The notes: generated by a model from the sequence alone, not told the origin. Shown: positions 19,079 through 30,570, counted from the first letter of the stretch. The stretch is DNA of 64,000 nucleotides from Methanotrichaceae archaeon (GCA_963813075.1 CAWEXU010000030.1:352001-416000); one strand, 5' to 3'. Numbers and translations are program-made.

Positions 19079-19651
19079 TCACAGCGGGCTGATGAGAACG
19101 CAGGAGAGGCCCGGGGCATGGGGGGGAGAGGCAGTGCTCCCTCTCATGATCTTTTCCTGGGGATAGCCGAGGTCGACCAGGGCGAAAACGCTTCGCGCGA
19201 GCCCCTGCTCCTCCAGGTACCGGCAGAGCCCCTCCAGATCGGTGCTCTCATCGGTGAGAAGAAAGACGGATTTGTTCCGGTTCAGCTCCGAGGCTATGGC
19301 CTCCGGGTCCATCCTCCGCCCGTGAACGGTGATGGGGACCACATTCAGTTCACTGATCTTCAGACGGGCGCAGGCCACCTGCAGGCTGGAGATGCCCGGG
19401 ATCACCCTGCCCGGCAGATAGCCCAGGCCGGAGAGCATGGGGTCCCCGGTGCTCAGGACCACGGCATCCTCTGGCAGGCTGGAGAGCTTTTTGTAGTCCT
19501 TGATCTCCAGGACCTGGCAGTCCGGGCGGATGCACTCTCGGGCCAGGTCTATTGACCTCTTCGATCCATAGATCAATCCCGCCCGGCCGATGGCCTCCTC
19601 CGCTTCCCTTGTCATCATCCCCGGGCCTATGCCCACTCCCACAATGATCAA
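19079..19651 (-). CDS. cbiE: cobalt-precorrin-7 C5-methyltransferase
   Basis: VGVGIGPG, STGDPMLSG and PGISS motifs; last gene of the cbi operon. Confidence 0.85.
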   Translation of the reverse strand: MIIVGVGIGPGMMTREAEEAIGRAGLIYGSKRSIDLARECIRPDCQVLEIKDYKKLSSLPEDAVVLSTGDPMLSGLGYLPGRVIPGISSLQVACARLKISELNVVPITVHGRRMDPEAIASELNRNKSVFLLTDESTDLEGLCRYLEEQGLARSVFALVDLGYPQEKIMRGSTASPPHAPGLSCVLISPL

Positions 19652-20674
19652 TTTGCCTCCGCTAAAATCTGCCCATTCCGGTGGAGGAGAACGATGCGGG
19701 TGTAGGGCAGCCTTTCTTTGGCCTTTTTCAGTCCCAGGGCGATGTTCTCATGTCCAGGCTCTTTTTCCACCATCTCGGCCACGGTGTTGTAGCCGGTATT
19801 CTCCAGTATCTCCGGCCAGGCCCATTTGAGGATCAGGGCGGGCAGGCCGCACAGAATGCTATCCTGATCGGGACCGAACTCCAGCCGGTCCAGCTGGCTG
19901 CCCATGAGGATCGCTTCGTGATCGGGAAAAAGAATTCGGCTGAGCTTCAGGCCGGTTCTGCCCGTGCTGACCACCACTTTTTTTGCTCCTTTCAGCTCCT
20001 CCGCCCTCTCGCTTTATCAGGTGTTCATTCCAGGGCTCCACAAATCCGGTCGAGCCCAGGATGGATATGCCTCCCACTATCCCCAATTTGGGATTGAGGG
20101 TCTGGCGGGCGATCTGTTCTCCCTGGGGGACCGAGATCCGCACCCGCACATGCTCAAGCCCTGCCTCATTGCACCCTTCGGATATGGCCATCATGATCTG
20201 CGCTTTGGCGGAGGGGCTTATGGCCGGCCGGCCGATATCGTCGCACAGGCCGCCGGCTCCTATCCTTCCTATCCCCTCCCCGGCGAGTAGAACCGTCTCT
20301 CCAGAGGGCTCTGCCCATGCCGATATCTCCAGGCCGGCGGTGACATCGGACTGGTGGTCTCCTCCATCCTTGCGGGCAGTGCATTGGCCCCTCTCCGCTT
20401 TGACGGAGACCAAGACCCGGATTCCGGCTGGCGTCATCACCTCCAGTCTTTCCGTCGCCCGGAGCAGGGATATGACCGCCCCTTTGGCGGCGGCAGCGGC
20501 GGTGGTCCCGGTGGTCAGGCCGCGCTTTAAGAGAAGGCCGTCCGAGAGGATGGTCCATCTGCCCGTCCGGATCTTCTCTTCCGCCAGGGGATCGGGACAG
20601 GACTCGATCCAGGAGAGGGGTATGCTAAATCCAGTGACCGGATCGGCTATCAGCTCAGGTTTTTTCTCTGGCAT
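19648..20674 (-). CDS. cbiD: cobalt-precorrin-5B C1-methyltransferase (frameshift near 20000)
   Basis: GLTTGTTAAAAAK, KDGGD, NPKLGIVGGISILGSTG; C-terminus continues in ORF 19648..19977. Confidence 0.85.
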
Positions 20675-21288
20675 AGGTGTTTATGATCTCGTTTATGGCC
20701 GCAACGGCTATGGGGGTCCCGCCGCGGGTTCCGGCAGTGGATATGGAGGGGACGGATATCTCCCGCAGCCTCTCTTTGCTCTCCAGAGCATTGACAAATC
20801 CCACTGGAACTCCTACTACCAGGTCGGGCAGGACCCGTCCCGGACTGCATGAGCTCGCACAGGGTCAGCAGGGCAGAGGGGGCATTTCCTATCACCACTA
20901 TCGATCCGGAGAGCTTCTCTTGCAGGGCCAATACCCCGGCGGAGGTGCGGGTGATCCCCAGGGATGCCGCCAGCTCATCTCCCCGGTCGATGAAGGCCTC
21001 TATGGGGCTACTGTGGCCTTTCTTTAGCACCCCCGCCTGGACCATCTTGATGTCCACGTAAATGGGAGCGCCCCGTTCCAGGGCTTTCAGACCAGCCTGG
21101 ACAGGGTCATTCTGAAATCTCATGATCTCGGCCACGCTTGGGTCGCCGGTGGCAATGACGCATCTTTGGGTTATTCTGTCCTCCAGGCTCCGGTCCCCAA
21201 TCATGCTGGATATGAGCTCCCGGCTCTTTCTGCTGATCTTCATGGCCTCGGGCGTGCTGGCCCCAATATCGGTATAGTTCTCTATCAT
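20655..21288 (-). CDS. cbiC: precorrin-8X methylmutase (frameshift near 20820)
   Basis: ITRTSAG and IGNAPSAL; GVPVGFVNA and RGGTPIAVAA lie in the adjacent frame. Confidence 0.85.
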
Positions 21289-21299
21289 ATCAATCAGCT

Positions 21300-22730
21300 C
21301 TAGTAGCTGTATTTGGTATCGTATCCCCTTCTGGCGATGATCCTGCCCTCTCTTATTTCCGCCTTCGGGCAGGATACCAGAAGGGTGAACCGGAAGCCTG
21401 ATGGCCTGGTCTGCATCAGTTCTTCCGCTTTCATTATTATCATCTCTTCTCCATTCCGGGCCACGTCCCTGGCCAGGGCCACCGCCCTCTCCGGCTCCAG
21501 GTCCTGGAGGAGTGCCTGCACCTCATGCCCTTTCACATTATAGATCACAACCCCAAAGCCGGCTGCCGCCAGGAGGGATGGCGTTGCCGGATCATCCGGG
21601 CGGGAGAGGAGGGCGAAGTCCCCGGAGAGGGGGGCTCCTGCCCTTGCCGCCACCGATGAAAAGGCGCTCACTCCTGGAGATAAATGAACTGGAAGACGGT
21701 TTCTGGCCAGGTCCATGATTCTCCAGGCGGCGGAGAATATGCTCGGGTCGCCGCCGGTGAGGATGCTCGACTTCTTTCCTGAGCGGGCGAGCTGTTCTGC
21801 CTCCTGGAAGCGGGCGTATGACCTCTCCGGGCAGGGGCCGGTGTGAGTGACCTTCTCCCCTGGATAGTTCCCGACAAGGTCCAGGTAACGCTCTGCTCCC
21901 AGGATTTTTTCAGAGGAGCTGAGGATGGCCTGGGCCTGTGCGGTGAGATTGGCCCGCTCTCCCGGTCCGGTGCCCACCAGGTTGATCGCCGCTTCCCGGG
22001 CCACATCTCCCCGGTAGGTGCCCCTGCCTGGAAGGATGAGGAGCGTGGTCATATCCACCTCTTCCCGCAGGGAAACGCTTTCCATCAGGGCTGGGGCCGT
22101 GGTCCAAAAGAGCCTCTCACCATCTCTACCCACCTCTTTGGCCACCAGAACATCTCTGTTTTCATAGATGTTCAGGGCGCGCAATAGCTGCCAGTCCCTT
22201 TTCCGACTTTTAGGGTTGTAGAGGGCGACGGGCATGCCAAAATCTGCTGCCTGACGCAACCGGCCCTCGATCTCCTCCCAGGGGGTGAGAAGGTCGCTCA
22301 GACTGATTATCGCTATGCATTCCCGGAATAGGAGGCCGGCCCCGCAGGCAGCGGCGGTAAAGGAGGTGACTCCAGGGACCACCTGTACCTCCGCCGGATG
22401 CTCGGCCATCTCCAGCCCCAGGCCGGCCATGCCATAGACATTGGCATCTCCCGAGCTGACCAGGGCCACAGATCCGCGGTCGGCAAGGTCCAGAGCCGCC
22501 CGGACCCTGTCTGTCTCCTTTCCCATGCCGCTGGAGTAGACCTCCTTTCCCGGCAAGAGGTCTTCTATGAGCTTCAGATAGGGCCGGTAGCCGACCACAT
22601 GGTCCGCTCCTTTTATGGCGTCCACTGCCGCCCGGGTACGAAGGGACGCATCCCCCGGCCCGATACCCACGATTGAGAGCCTGTTTGCAGAATGCTTGTC
22701 TTTTAATAGGCTGGCTGCAGAATCATTCAT
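21300..22730 (-). CDS. cbiH: precorrin-3B C17-methyltransferase with a second tetrapyrrole-methylase domain
   Basis: VGIGPG, SSGDANVYGMAG, SLSDLLTPW; second VGTGPG...GGDPSIF...PGVSA domain. Confidence 0.85.
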   Translation of the reverse strand: MNDSAASLLKDKHSANRLSIVGIGPGDASLRTRAAVDAIKGADHVVGYRPYLKLIEDLLPGKEVYSSGMGKETDRVRAALDLADRGSVALVSSGDANVYGMAGLGLEMAEHPAEVQVVPGVTSFTAAACGAGLLFRECIAIISLSDLLTPWEEIEGRLRQAADFGMPVALYNPKSRKRDWQLLRALNIYENRDVLVAKEVGRDGERLFWTTAPALMESVSLREEVDMTTLLILPGRGTYRGDVAREAAINLVGTGPGERANLTAQAQAILSSSEKILGAERYLDLVGNYPGEKVTHTGPCPERSYARFQEAEQLARSGKKSSILTGGDPSIFSAAWRIMDLARNRLPVHLSPGVSAFSSVAARAGAPLSGDFALLSRPDDPATPSLLAAAGFGVVIYNVKGHEVQALLQDLEPERAVALARDVARNGEEMIIMKAEELMQTRPSGFRFTLLVSCPKAEIREGRIIARRGYDTKYSY

Positions 22731-22760
22731 TGAATTCCAATCCCTTTCCCGGCAGTCATT

Positions 22761-23528
22761 TCATTGCTCTCCAATGGCAACGGTCACCCTCCCATAGGCC
22801 TTCTTGGGAAGGACGAGCCTGTCTGCCAGGGCGAGGACTGCGGGCTCGGCAACTCCCGCCAGTCCCAGGTCCTCTGCCCGGGAGGGGGTGGAAGGCTCCT
22901 GGGAGTTGAGTTCATCACGGGAGAGGAAGACGATCTCCCTGTCCAGAGCCTTTGCCGCCTCCAGCAGGCCTTCTTCCTCCTGCTTGAGCCAGGCGGAGGC
23001 CAGGAATGCTATATCCTCTCTCTTCCGGCCGGATTCCGCCAGGGCCAGGTCTATCGCCTGCAGGACCTCCTCAGAGGATACCCCCTTTCTCGCTCCCACC
23101 CCCAGGACCAGCCCCTTTCCCTTGAGCACTGCCACATCCTCATCCACCAGCAGTATCCTGGGCCCCTTCAGCCTCAGTATGGGGACATCTTCATTCAAAA
23201 AGGCGAGGTTGATGGATTTTGAGGCGCTCTTGTTCAGGATATCGGCCTTCAGCCGCCGGGCTACGCTCTCCAGGCAGGGTCGGCCGGAGGAATCGGTGGC
23301 GGTGGTTATGGCCGGATAGACTCCTAGCCTTTCCGCCAGGTGGAGGGCCAGGTCATTGGCCCCGTGGTGGCCTCCCACCACCGGCACAGCGCAAGTGAGG
23401 GCGGAGTCTACGGCCACCACCGGCCGGTCACGCCATTTGTCCTGCAGGTGGCGGCAGAGGCTTCTTGTCACAATCCCCACTGCCATGACCGCTACCAAAA
23501 GGTCGTACTTCTCCAGGATCCTTTTCAT
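22761..23528 (-). CDS. cbiG: cobalt-precorrin-5A hydrolase
   Basis: MAVGIV.R, GGHHGANDLA, ITTATD and GVAEPA motifs. Confidence 0.9.
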   Translation of the reverse strand: MKRILEKYDLLVAVMAVGIVTRSLCRHLQDKWRDRPVVAVDSALTCAVPVVGGHHGANDLALHLAERLGVYPAITTATDSSGRPCLESVARRLKADILNKSASKSINLAFLNEDVPILRLKGPRILLVDEDVAVLKGKGLVLGVGARKGVSSEEVLQAIDLALAESGRKREDIAFLASAWLKQEEEGLLEAAKALDREIVFLSRDELNSQEPSTPSRAEDLGLAGVAEPAVLALADRLVLPKKAYGRVTVAIGEQ

Positions 23529-23639
23529 CCTCTCCTCCTCATAGAGGATCAGAGTAGACTAGATAGCGATCGCTCAAGGCCCGAGCGATCTTTTCGCCCT
23601 TATCTCTATCTCGGGGGAAGACCAGGATGGCTAGCGACT

Positions 23640-24350
23640 TCAGCGGCTCCGGTATAGGTGAGACCTCCCAAAACCCGTTCTCTTCACCACATCGCCCACC
23701 AGTATGAGGGCGCTGCGGTCTATCTTCGCCTCTTCTACCTTGTCGGCGATGTCATCTATTGTTCCGCACAATACCTGCTGGTCCGGCCAGGAGGCATGGT
23801 AGACCACTGCGACAGGGGTTGAGCCCGGCCGGTCCAGGGACTGGACGATATCTCTGATCTTGTCGATCCCTAAAAATATGGCCATGGTTGTCCCCAGGCG
23901 GCCCAGAGCGGGCAGGTCGTCCTTTTCCAGGGTGGTCCCCTTGGGCCTGGTCAGGATCAGAGATTCAGAGACCCCCTTGAGGGTGAGCTGGGTCTTCAGG
24001 GCGGCGGCGGCGGCAAAGAGTGAGGAGACGCCAGGGACCACCTCCACCTCTATTCCCATCTCCTCTAAGGGTTTCATCTGCTCTAATATGGCCCCATAGA
24101 TCGAAGGGTCGCCGCTGTGCAGCCGAACCACCTTCTTTCCCGCTCGCAGGAACTCGACCATCTTTGCCTGGGTCTCTTCTATTGACAGTCCATTGCTGTC
24201 CACCTTGACGGCCTGCAATCCTTCCAGGAGCTGGGGGTTGACCAGAGAGCCGGCGTAGACCACCAGGTCCGCCTCATCCAGCAATCTCCGGCCCTTGACG
24301 GTGATCAGCTCCGGGTCGCCAGGCCCCGCCCCTACGAAATAAACCTTCAT
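23640..24350 (-). CDS. cbiF: cobalt-precorrin-4 C11-methyltransferase
   Basis: [33 protein letters not shown] and ASWPD motifs. Confidence 0.93.
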   Translation of the reverse strand: MKVYFVGAGPGDPELITVKGRRLLDEADLVVYAGSLVNPQLLEGLQAVKVDSNGLSIEETQAKMVEFLRAGKKVVRLHSGDPSIYGAILEQMKPLEEMGIEVEVVPGVSSLFAAAAALKTQLTLKGVSESLILTRPKGTTLEKDDLPALGRLGTTMAIFLGIDKIRDIVQSLDRPGSTPVAVVYHASWPDQQVLCGTIDDIADKVEEAKIDRSALILVGDVVKRTGFGRSHLYRSR

Positions 24351-24955
24351 TCTCTCCTCCGGGCCAAAAGGACGCTGAAGTAATCGCTCCTCTCCGGCAT
24401 CTCTCCCCGGAAGATCCTCTCCTCCGGGGTGTAGAGCCTGGTGCCCAGGGTGAAATCAGTATAGCCCTCAGCGCGCAGCTCCTCAGCCAGTTTCCTGGGC
24501 CTGGTGGCTTTTATCCTGATCACCGACTGAACGGGGGATCCGTCCGAGACCAGAAAAGACTTTTCCAGAGGGACACTGAATCTGGAGGCCAGGGCGGGGA
24601 CCACTCCCACTCCGGGAATGGTCTGGATCTCCATTCCCGGATGGATCTCTTCGATCACCCTTTTCAGATGGCTGAAGGTGGAGAAGGTGTTGACGTCGCC
24701 AATGCAGGCAAAGCCCACCTGGCTGGAGCCAGCGTCGCGGGCGATGATCTTTGCGTTTTCCTGCCAGATCCTTTTCAGCTCCAGTTCGTCCTGAATCATG
24801 GGAAAATCCAGGATCTGGGGGGAGGAGTAGGGCCTGGCCAGCTCTGCTGCCATCTCCCCGGGAACGAAGACCCTCTTGCAGCTTTTCAAGGCCGCTGCTG
24901 CCTTGAAGGTCAATAGCTCCGGGTCGCCCGGTCCGAGGCTTATGCCGATTAACAT
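24347..24955 (-). CDS. cbiL: cobalt-factor II C20-methyltransferase
   Basis: starts [21 protein letters not shown]...FSTF, IPGV; the ORF-track N-terminal extension overlaps cbiT. Confidence 0.85.
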   Translation of the reverse strand: MLIGISLGPGDPELLTFKAAAALKSCKRVFVPGEMAAELARPYSSPQILDFPMIQDELELKRIWQENAKIIARDAGSSQVGFACIGDVNTFSTFSHLKRVIEEIHPGMEIQTIPGVGVVPALASRFSVPLEKSFLVSDGSPVQSVIRIKATRPRKLAEELRAEGYTDFTLGTRLYTPEERIFRGEMPERSDYFSVLLARRRE

Positions 24956-25461
24956 TTTCCGATCACCATGAATATGGGGTTTATGGGCTTGAAGGCAATG
25001 TCCCCTGCCAGATCGTAGCCCCGATTGATGTGAATCTGCAGGATCTCCCTGAATATGCCCTCCCTTTTCATCAGCTCTGCCACCTTGCTGGCTATGCCCA
25101 TCCTGGCCAGGTCGGCGACGATCATGCAGCCAGGGCTGGCCTTTTCCAGCAGGATGGGAAGGAATCGGTCTATTCCCCGGCTGCCGCCGATAAAGCACCT
25201 GTCCACCGCTGGCAGCCGGGGTATGATCTCCTCTGCCTCGCCCAGGAGGAACTTGCCGCCGGGAACCAAATCTTGGCTGAGATCTACCGCCTCCGGCCGG
25301 CGGTCCAGGCCATAGATCCTGTCCGTGTAGCGAGATGCGGCCAGGGATACCGCCCCTGAGCCGCAGCCGATATCCAGGAACAGGTCGCCAGGCCGGATGG
25401 CCAGCTTTCCCATGGCGATGTGGATGTTCTCCTCTGCTGTCGCCGTGCCCGGAAGCTTCAT
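24949..25461 (-). CDS. cbiT: cobalt-precorrin-6B C15-methyltransferase
   Basis: DIGCGSGAVS SAM motif, FIGGS, NPIF. Confidence 0.85.
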   Translation of the reverse strand: MKLPGTATAEENIHIAMGKLAIRPGDLFLDIGCGSGAVSLAASRYTDRIYGLDRRPEAVDLSQDLVPGGKFLLGEAEEIIPRLPAVDRCFIGGSRGIDRFLPILLEKASPGCMIVADLARMGIASKVAELMKREGIFREILQIHINRGYDLAGDIAFKPINPIFMVIGKC

Positions 25462-25551
25462 GGCCTCTAGGAGAAGTGGGCTGGAATAAAAGGTTAATTG
25501 CTGGCCATCAGATTAGTATAGCCCGCCCGGCAAAGGCAGTCTCGAGAATTC

Positions 25552-26469
25552 ATGGACATTTTCGTTGCCGAGTACGCATCCGCCCTGGGTCTGGGCGGAA
25601 CCCATGAGCTGGAGGGAAGAGCGATGCTCACCGTCCTGGTGGAGAGCTTCCTGTCCAGCGGCCATAATGTGGCCTATCCCACCAGCGGCTCAAGGATTAG
25701 GGCGGGCGAGCCCATAATGCTGGAGGGCGAAGGGGGATTTGAGACTCTTCTAGAATCGATCGATGTAGACGCCGCCCTCCTGATTGCTCCTGATGGCCTG
25801 CAGGCGCAATTTTTGGAGATAATTGAGGGCCGGACGGCCAATCTTGGCAGCAGCCCCGCCGCCGCCCGTCTGGCTGCGGACAAGCTGCTATGCACCCGGG
25901 CGCTCGCGCGCGCCGGCGTTCCGGTGGCCCAGATCGTGGACCGGCCGGACCCGGTGGAGAAGGGCTGCCTGCAGTATGTGGTCAAGCCGCGCACCGGCTC
26001 GGGCTCGGAGGGGGTGAGGATCACATCTTTTGCCCGGGCGGGGCCGGAGGAGATCGTCACCCGTTACCATGAGGGGCTGCACCTCTCCGCCAGCTTCATC
26101 GTGGGGAAAGAGGGTTTTCTGCCCTTAACCCTCAACCGCCAGCTGATCGACTTTGGGGATGGGAAGATTAGCTATCAGGGAAGCCAGGTGCCCTACAACA
26201 CCCCGCGGGCGGAGGAGATCTGGGAGGCGGCGAAAAAAGCAGCAAACGTCTTAGGTTTGCGCGGGTACGCGGGGATCGACTTCGTCCTGGGCGAACGAGC
26301 ATGGGCGGTGGATGTGAACGCCCGGCCGACGACATCCATCATCGGTATTGCCAGGGTGATGAAAGAAGAGATCGGGGAGCTGATCGTCAGGGCCCGGTTC
26401 GGAGGATTGCCGGAGAGGGTGCACCTGGAGGGGGAGTGCATATTCAGGAAAGGGGACCTTGTGGCCTGA
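25552..26469 (+). CDS. ATP-grasp ligase, MfnD-like (methanofuran biosynthesis)
   Basis: EY...EGRAML, IAPD, DK, VVKPR.G.GSEG, GYAGIDF and VNARPTTS motifs. Confidence 0.7.
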   Translation: MDIFVAEYASALGLGGTHELEGRAMLTVLVESFLSSGHNVAYPTSGSRIRAGEPIMLEGEGGFETLLESIDVDAALLIAPDGLQAQFLEIIEGRTANLGSSPAAARLAADKLLCTRALARAGVPVAQIVDRPDPVEKGCLQYVVKPRTGSGSEGVRITSFARAGPEEIVTRYHEGLHLSASFIVGKEGFLPLTLNRQLIDFGDGKISYQGSQVPYNTPRAEEIWEAAKKAANVLGLRGYAGIDFVLGERAWAVDVNARPTTSIIGIARVMKEEIGELIVRARFGGLPERVHLEGECIFRKGDLVA

Positions 26470-26606
26470 GCATAATGAGGGTGGGCCCTCCCCAAGGCCC
26501 TGCCGGCACCTCATCGCCCTCCTGGTCGAAGCAGGCTCTAGCCCCAGGACGCCGTCCCCCAATCTCAAGTTCCAGGTGGACGCGAGTATTGCTCAGGTTC
26601 CCGAAA

Positions 26607-27588
26607 TCACGCCTCCAGAAACTCCGCCGTCTTCATGAACTCGACCACATCCTCTGTCGCTGGGCAGGTCGGTGCTCGCTCCCGGGGTGAGGATGTTCAG
26701 GGCGGCCACTGCAGAGGCGAACTTGACTGCCTCTTCATTCGAGTACCCCTGGTATTTGGCATGGATGAATCCGGCGGTGAAGCTATCCCCCCCACCGGTG
26801 GTGTCCACCACTTCGACCTTGTAGGAGGGCACCCGGAAGGTCCGTTCATCATCCAAAACCAGCGCACCTTTGACATCCAGGGTGACGATCACCGTCTCTG
26901 CACCGTACTCCTTCAGCTTCTTTATGGCGGAATCGACATCCTTCTCCCCGGTTATCAGCATTGACTCCTTGCCGTTCATGATTATCACCTGGCTGTTATG
27001 CATGGCATGCTTCAGCTCCTCCGGCCGGTGGTTGACCATGCTCATGCTGGGATTGGTGATGATGTAGATCCCTCTTTTTTTGGCCTCTTCTATCGCCTTT
27101 TTCATCAGGGCCATATTCTCTTCGCTTATCAGGCTGGTCAGGACCATGGTATCGACTTTATCGAAGACCTCGGGATTTAGGTCCTCTTCACCCAGGAGAG
27201 CATTGGCTCCTCTGCTGGTAAGAACGGTCTTCTCGCCTTTATAGAGAAAGACCAGAGACATCCCGGTCAGGCCCTCCTTTAAGGTGACATACTTGGTGAT
27301 GGCGCCGTGAATCCTCAGGTTTCTCAGATATTCCTCGCCGTGATCGTCCTTGCCCACTGAACCGAGGATGTAAGTGGTTGTGCCAAGCTCTGCCAGGTTG
27401 GTGGCCAGGTTGTGTGCTGAGCCTCCTGTATCCTGGTTGAGCTGATCGAGGGTGATCTTGGAGTCAAAGGGAAAACAGAGATTGTCATCCACCACCTTGA
27501 ACTTCTCAGATCTGGCAATCAGGTCTACGATTATCCCGCCCACTACGAGCACACCCTTTTGGCTGAGCTTGCATTCTTCAAATGGCAT
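26607..27588 (-). CDS. PfkB-family carbohydrate kinase (frameshift near 26652)
   Basis: GGSAHN, VGKDDHG, DTTGGGDSF; natural end EDVVEFMKTAEFLEA* lies in the adjacent frame. Confidence 0.85.
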
Positions 27589-27674
27589 GCCGCTCTGGAT
27601 AGCTCTGCTGATAGATAACCTTGAGGGATCAAATACCAGGCTCCTTCATTTCTTGGCTCATCCGTATTTTATTG

Positions 27675-28436
27675 CTAAAAGAGAGAGAATATCGATCGGC
27701 CATAAGCCAGATAGATCAGGCCAAGCAGCAGCGGCTGATGGATAATATAGATGGCCAGAGAGTTGCGCCCCAAGAATATGAGCCCTCTGGCCAAAGGCCG
27801 GGCGCTGATATCGGGAAGGGGAAAGCGGCGGACGAGATCTCTGTAGAGCAATCCTCCCCCGGCCATGCCCATCAGCACCATCCCAAACCAGGGAAATAGA
27901 GGAACGTAGTCCAGGGAGACGAAATCCCGCGGAGCCAGGCCCAGCCAGATCAGCCAGAGAAAGTCGACCTCCAGCTGCTGGATGTACAGGCCCAGCAGGA
28001 TCGCTGCCAGCCCTAAAAGGAGGTTCATTCTGCCCAGGGGGAGGAGGGGATAGGCTAAGAGTATGGAGATGGCGATGAGGTGAAGGATTCCAAAGACAAT
28101 AAAGCCCCTTCCAATGACGATATAGGTTACCAGGCTGATTCCTGTGGCCAGGCAGAGTATCCACAGGCTCCTTTTCAAAAGTCTGGCCGGGTACTGGCTC
28201 AGCTCGCCAGCTAGCTTCGCCCGGGAATGGCTCAGGGTGAGGGAGATTCCAACCAGCAGGAGAAAGAGGGAGGCGGTTAGGCGGGCCAGATAAAACCAGA
28301 ATCCTCCGGATAGATCAATCTCATAGATCCTGAAGTAGTTCAGGTCGAATGCCAGATGGAAGACGACCATCAATAAAATGGCCAGTCCCCGAAAAAAGTC
28401 CACCTCCCAGAGGCGAGCCGCCTGGCGGTTATTCAT
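27675..28436 (-). CDS. DUF1624 / HGSNAT-like membrane acyltransferase
   Basis: D..RGLAILLM..FH, FGILH, DY.PLFPW and GRNSL.IY.IHQP motifs. Confidence 0.85.
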   Translation of the reverse strand: MNNRQAARLWEVDFFRGLAILLMVVFHLAFDLNYFRIYEIDLSGGFWFYLARLTASLFLLLVGISLTLSHSRAKLAGELSQYPARLLKRSLWILCLATGISLVTYIVIGRGFIVFGILHLIAISILLAYPLLPLGRMNLLLGLAAILLGLYIQQLEVDFLWLIWLGLAPRDFVSLDYVPLFPWFGMVLMGMAGGGLLYRDLVRRFPLPDISARPLARGLIFLGRNSLAIYIIHQPLLLGLIYLAYGRSIFSLF

Positions 28437-28521
28437 AGAGCATGATGTGCGGCCAATGCTTTATAGGTCTGCTCCTGCTATGCCATTTGCGAGACCTGCA
28501 GACCGTGAACGGCCTGGCCTA

Positions 28522-28833
28522 TTACTTCTTCGTTTCTCCTAAAATCATTGAAGCAGATGCGAAGCCTGAACCCAGACGAACAAGTCCTCCTATTGCGGCG
28601 GCTTCGAGCATTTCTTCTCTGGTGGCTCCGGCAGATATTGCTACTTCTTTATGGAACTCGACGCAGTAATCGCATTGAAGTGCCACCACACTCGCCAATG
28701 CAATAAGTGCTTTTTCCTTGGTGGATAGGGCACCATTTTTCATAATTTCTGATCTCAAGTTAACAAAGGCTGAGTTGACACCTGTACCTAAGGCTTCTCC
28801 AAACTTAAAATGTCTGGGCATCTCTTCTGTCAT
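28522..28833 (-). CDS. carboxymuconolactone decarboxylase/AhpD-family protein
   Basis: GALSTKEKALIA...CDYCVEFH...GAT.EE; start taken at MTEEM. Confidence 0.85.
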   Translation of the reverse strand: MTEEMPRHFKFGEALGTGVNSAFVNLRSEIMKNGALSTKEKALIALASVVALQCDYCVEFHKEVAISAGATREEMLEAAAIGGLVRLGSGFASASMILGETKK

Positions 28834-28911
28834 TTCTACGACCTCCTGATTTCTATTAAATATCATATCTTTCATCCTATATAATTTGCCAGTAGATGAG
28901 CGGAACAAGAA

Positions 28912-29328
28912 TTATATAATAACTGCCAGAACAAGCCGGAACATAGCAGCAGTGGACTTTCCCTGTAGAATGTTGAATAGGCCCACTCCAAAAATTATGT
29001 AGACCGTAAACATGCCCAGGGAAAAGGCAACTACCATAGCCAAAATATCCCTTCTGTGGCCTGTACTCGATAGCATCGAGCTTGCCAGAAAAACCAGTAT
29101 GGCCAGGATACAAGGATTGAAGCCCGCCAAAAGGCCTGCTGCAAAGACAGTAGCTACAGAGGATACGAAGAGGTCCTCGAGAGCACTTTCGGTAGCACAT
29201 TTATCACATGCGTGAGACGTGATTGTGGTTTTCGTAGAGTTATCGCTAGCTAGGGCAAATGATAACATCGTGACTGGTATCACGACAAACAAGATTGCTC
29301 TGATGCAAATTCCAATGCTCGCATCCAT
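28912..29328 (-). pseudogene. truncated CcdA/DsbD-like cytochrome c biogenesis membrane protein
   Basis: AGLLAGFNPC motif, ends after about three TM segments; the IS lies 20 bp upstream. Confidence 0.55.
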
Positions 29329-29348
29329 TTATATGTACCGCAGCTTAT

Positions 29349-30570
29349 CTCGTGGGGTCAAGGGGTAGAGAAGACCCCAGCCCTTCAGGGTGGGGATGAA
29401 TCGTGCCCCTTGCATAACCACCAAAAACTATAAATTTAATAAAATTATTAACTACCCATTAACATGTACCGCACCATCAAAATAAAGCTAGATCGATCAA
29501 ATGAACTCATCCAAACAGCTCGGCTTTGGAACACCGCCTGCCAGGATGTCATAGACTACGGCTTTGCGGCACATGATTACAACAAGACCAGACTTAACAA
29601 AGCTACATACAAAGACCTCCGAGAAAAGTATTCTACATTGCCTTCCGCCCTCATCCAAACAGCAAGGGATCAAGCCAGCGACATGCTCAAGAGGCTCAAA
29701 TTCGAGACTAAGCCTTTCAAGCATCCTTTCGGAGCAGTTCGATTCGACGTTAGGACCATGAAGGTATTCTTGGAATCGGGATACTGCAAGCTCACAACCA
29801 TTTTTGGGAGACTACGATATGACTTCCAGTTAGCAGACTATTACCAGAAATACGCTACATGGAAAGTCATGAATGCTCAACTCAAGATAACTAAGAATGC
29901 TTGCTACCTCAATGTTCAAGTAGAGCAACCCGATCCAGAAACACTTGTTGGAGATAAGAGGATCGGCGTAGATCTTGGGATCAATAACATAGCAGTATGT
30001 AGCGATAATACGTTCTGGCAATCTGGACCAGTTAAAGCTGTGAAAGGCAAATATCAATATTTGAGATCAAACTTCAGTCCAAAGGCACCCGATCAGCTAA
30101 AAGAAAGCTTCAAGAGCTTTCTGGTCGAGAGAGACGGTTTCAGAAGGACGTGAACCATCAAATCGCAAACTGGATACTATCTAAACCATATGACGTAATC
30201 GCTCTGGAAGATCTAACCCACATCAGGAACGGCAAGAAGAATAAGAAACTTGGAAAATGGAGCTTTGCAGAACTACGAAGCATCATAGAATACAAAGCGG
30301 GCGCTATCGGAAAGAAGGTAGTTGCCATAGACCCAAGATATACTTCTCGCACATGCTCCAAATGTGGATTTCAAAAGAAGGAAAACCGTAATGGTAGGAC
30401 CTTCAAATGCAAAAGCTGTGGCTTCCAGATCGATGCAGACTTGAACGCATCCAGGAACATCGCTACCTTCAGTAGAGCTGACCGTAGCAGGCTGCCTGTC
30501 AACCCGCCAATCGTAGCAGGCTAACTAACCACTAGCTACAAGCCCCATCCTTTAGGGTGGGGTAGTTGAC
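29349..30570 (+). mobile_element. IS200/IS605-family tnpB-only (IS1341-like) element
   Basis: TTAT target then LE hairpin ccccagcccttcagggtgggg; RE CAAG-ccccatcctttagggtgggg-TAGTTGAC. Confidence 0.9.
29464..30524 (+). CDS. tnpB: RNA-guided endonuclease TnpB (one A missing in the A-run at 30069-30071)
   Basis: GVDLG, ALEDL, TSRTCSKCG, FKCKSCG, DADLNA; adding one A joins the two ORFs into about 353 aa. Confidence 0.92.

Noticed and set aside
23567..23590. GATCGCTC/GAGCGATC hairpin between cbiF and cbiG as a cobalamin riboswitch
   Set aside because: A single short hairpin without B12-box motifs.
30060..30153. Programmed frameshift or natural split of tnpB
   Set aside because: One missing A in a homopolymer explains it, and similar indels occur throughout the window.
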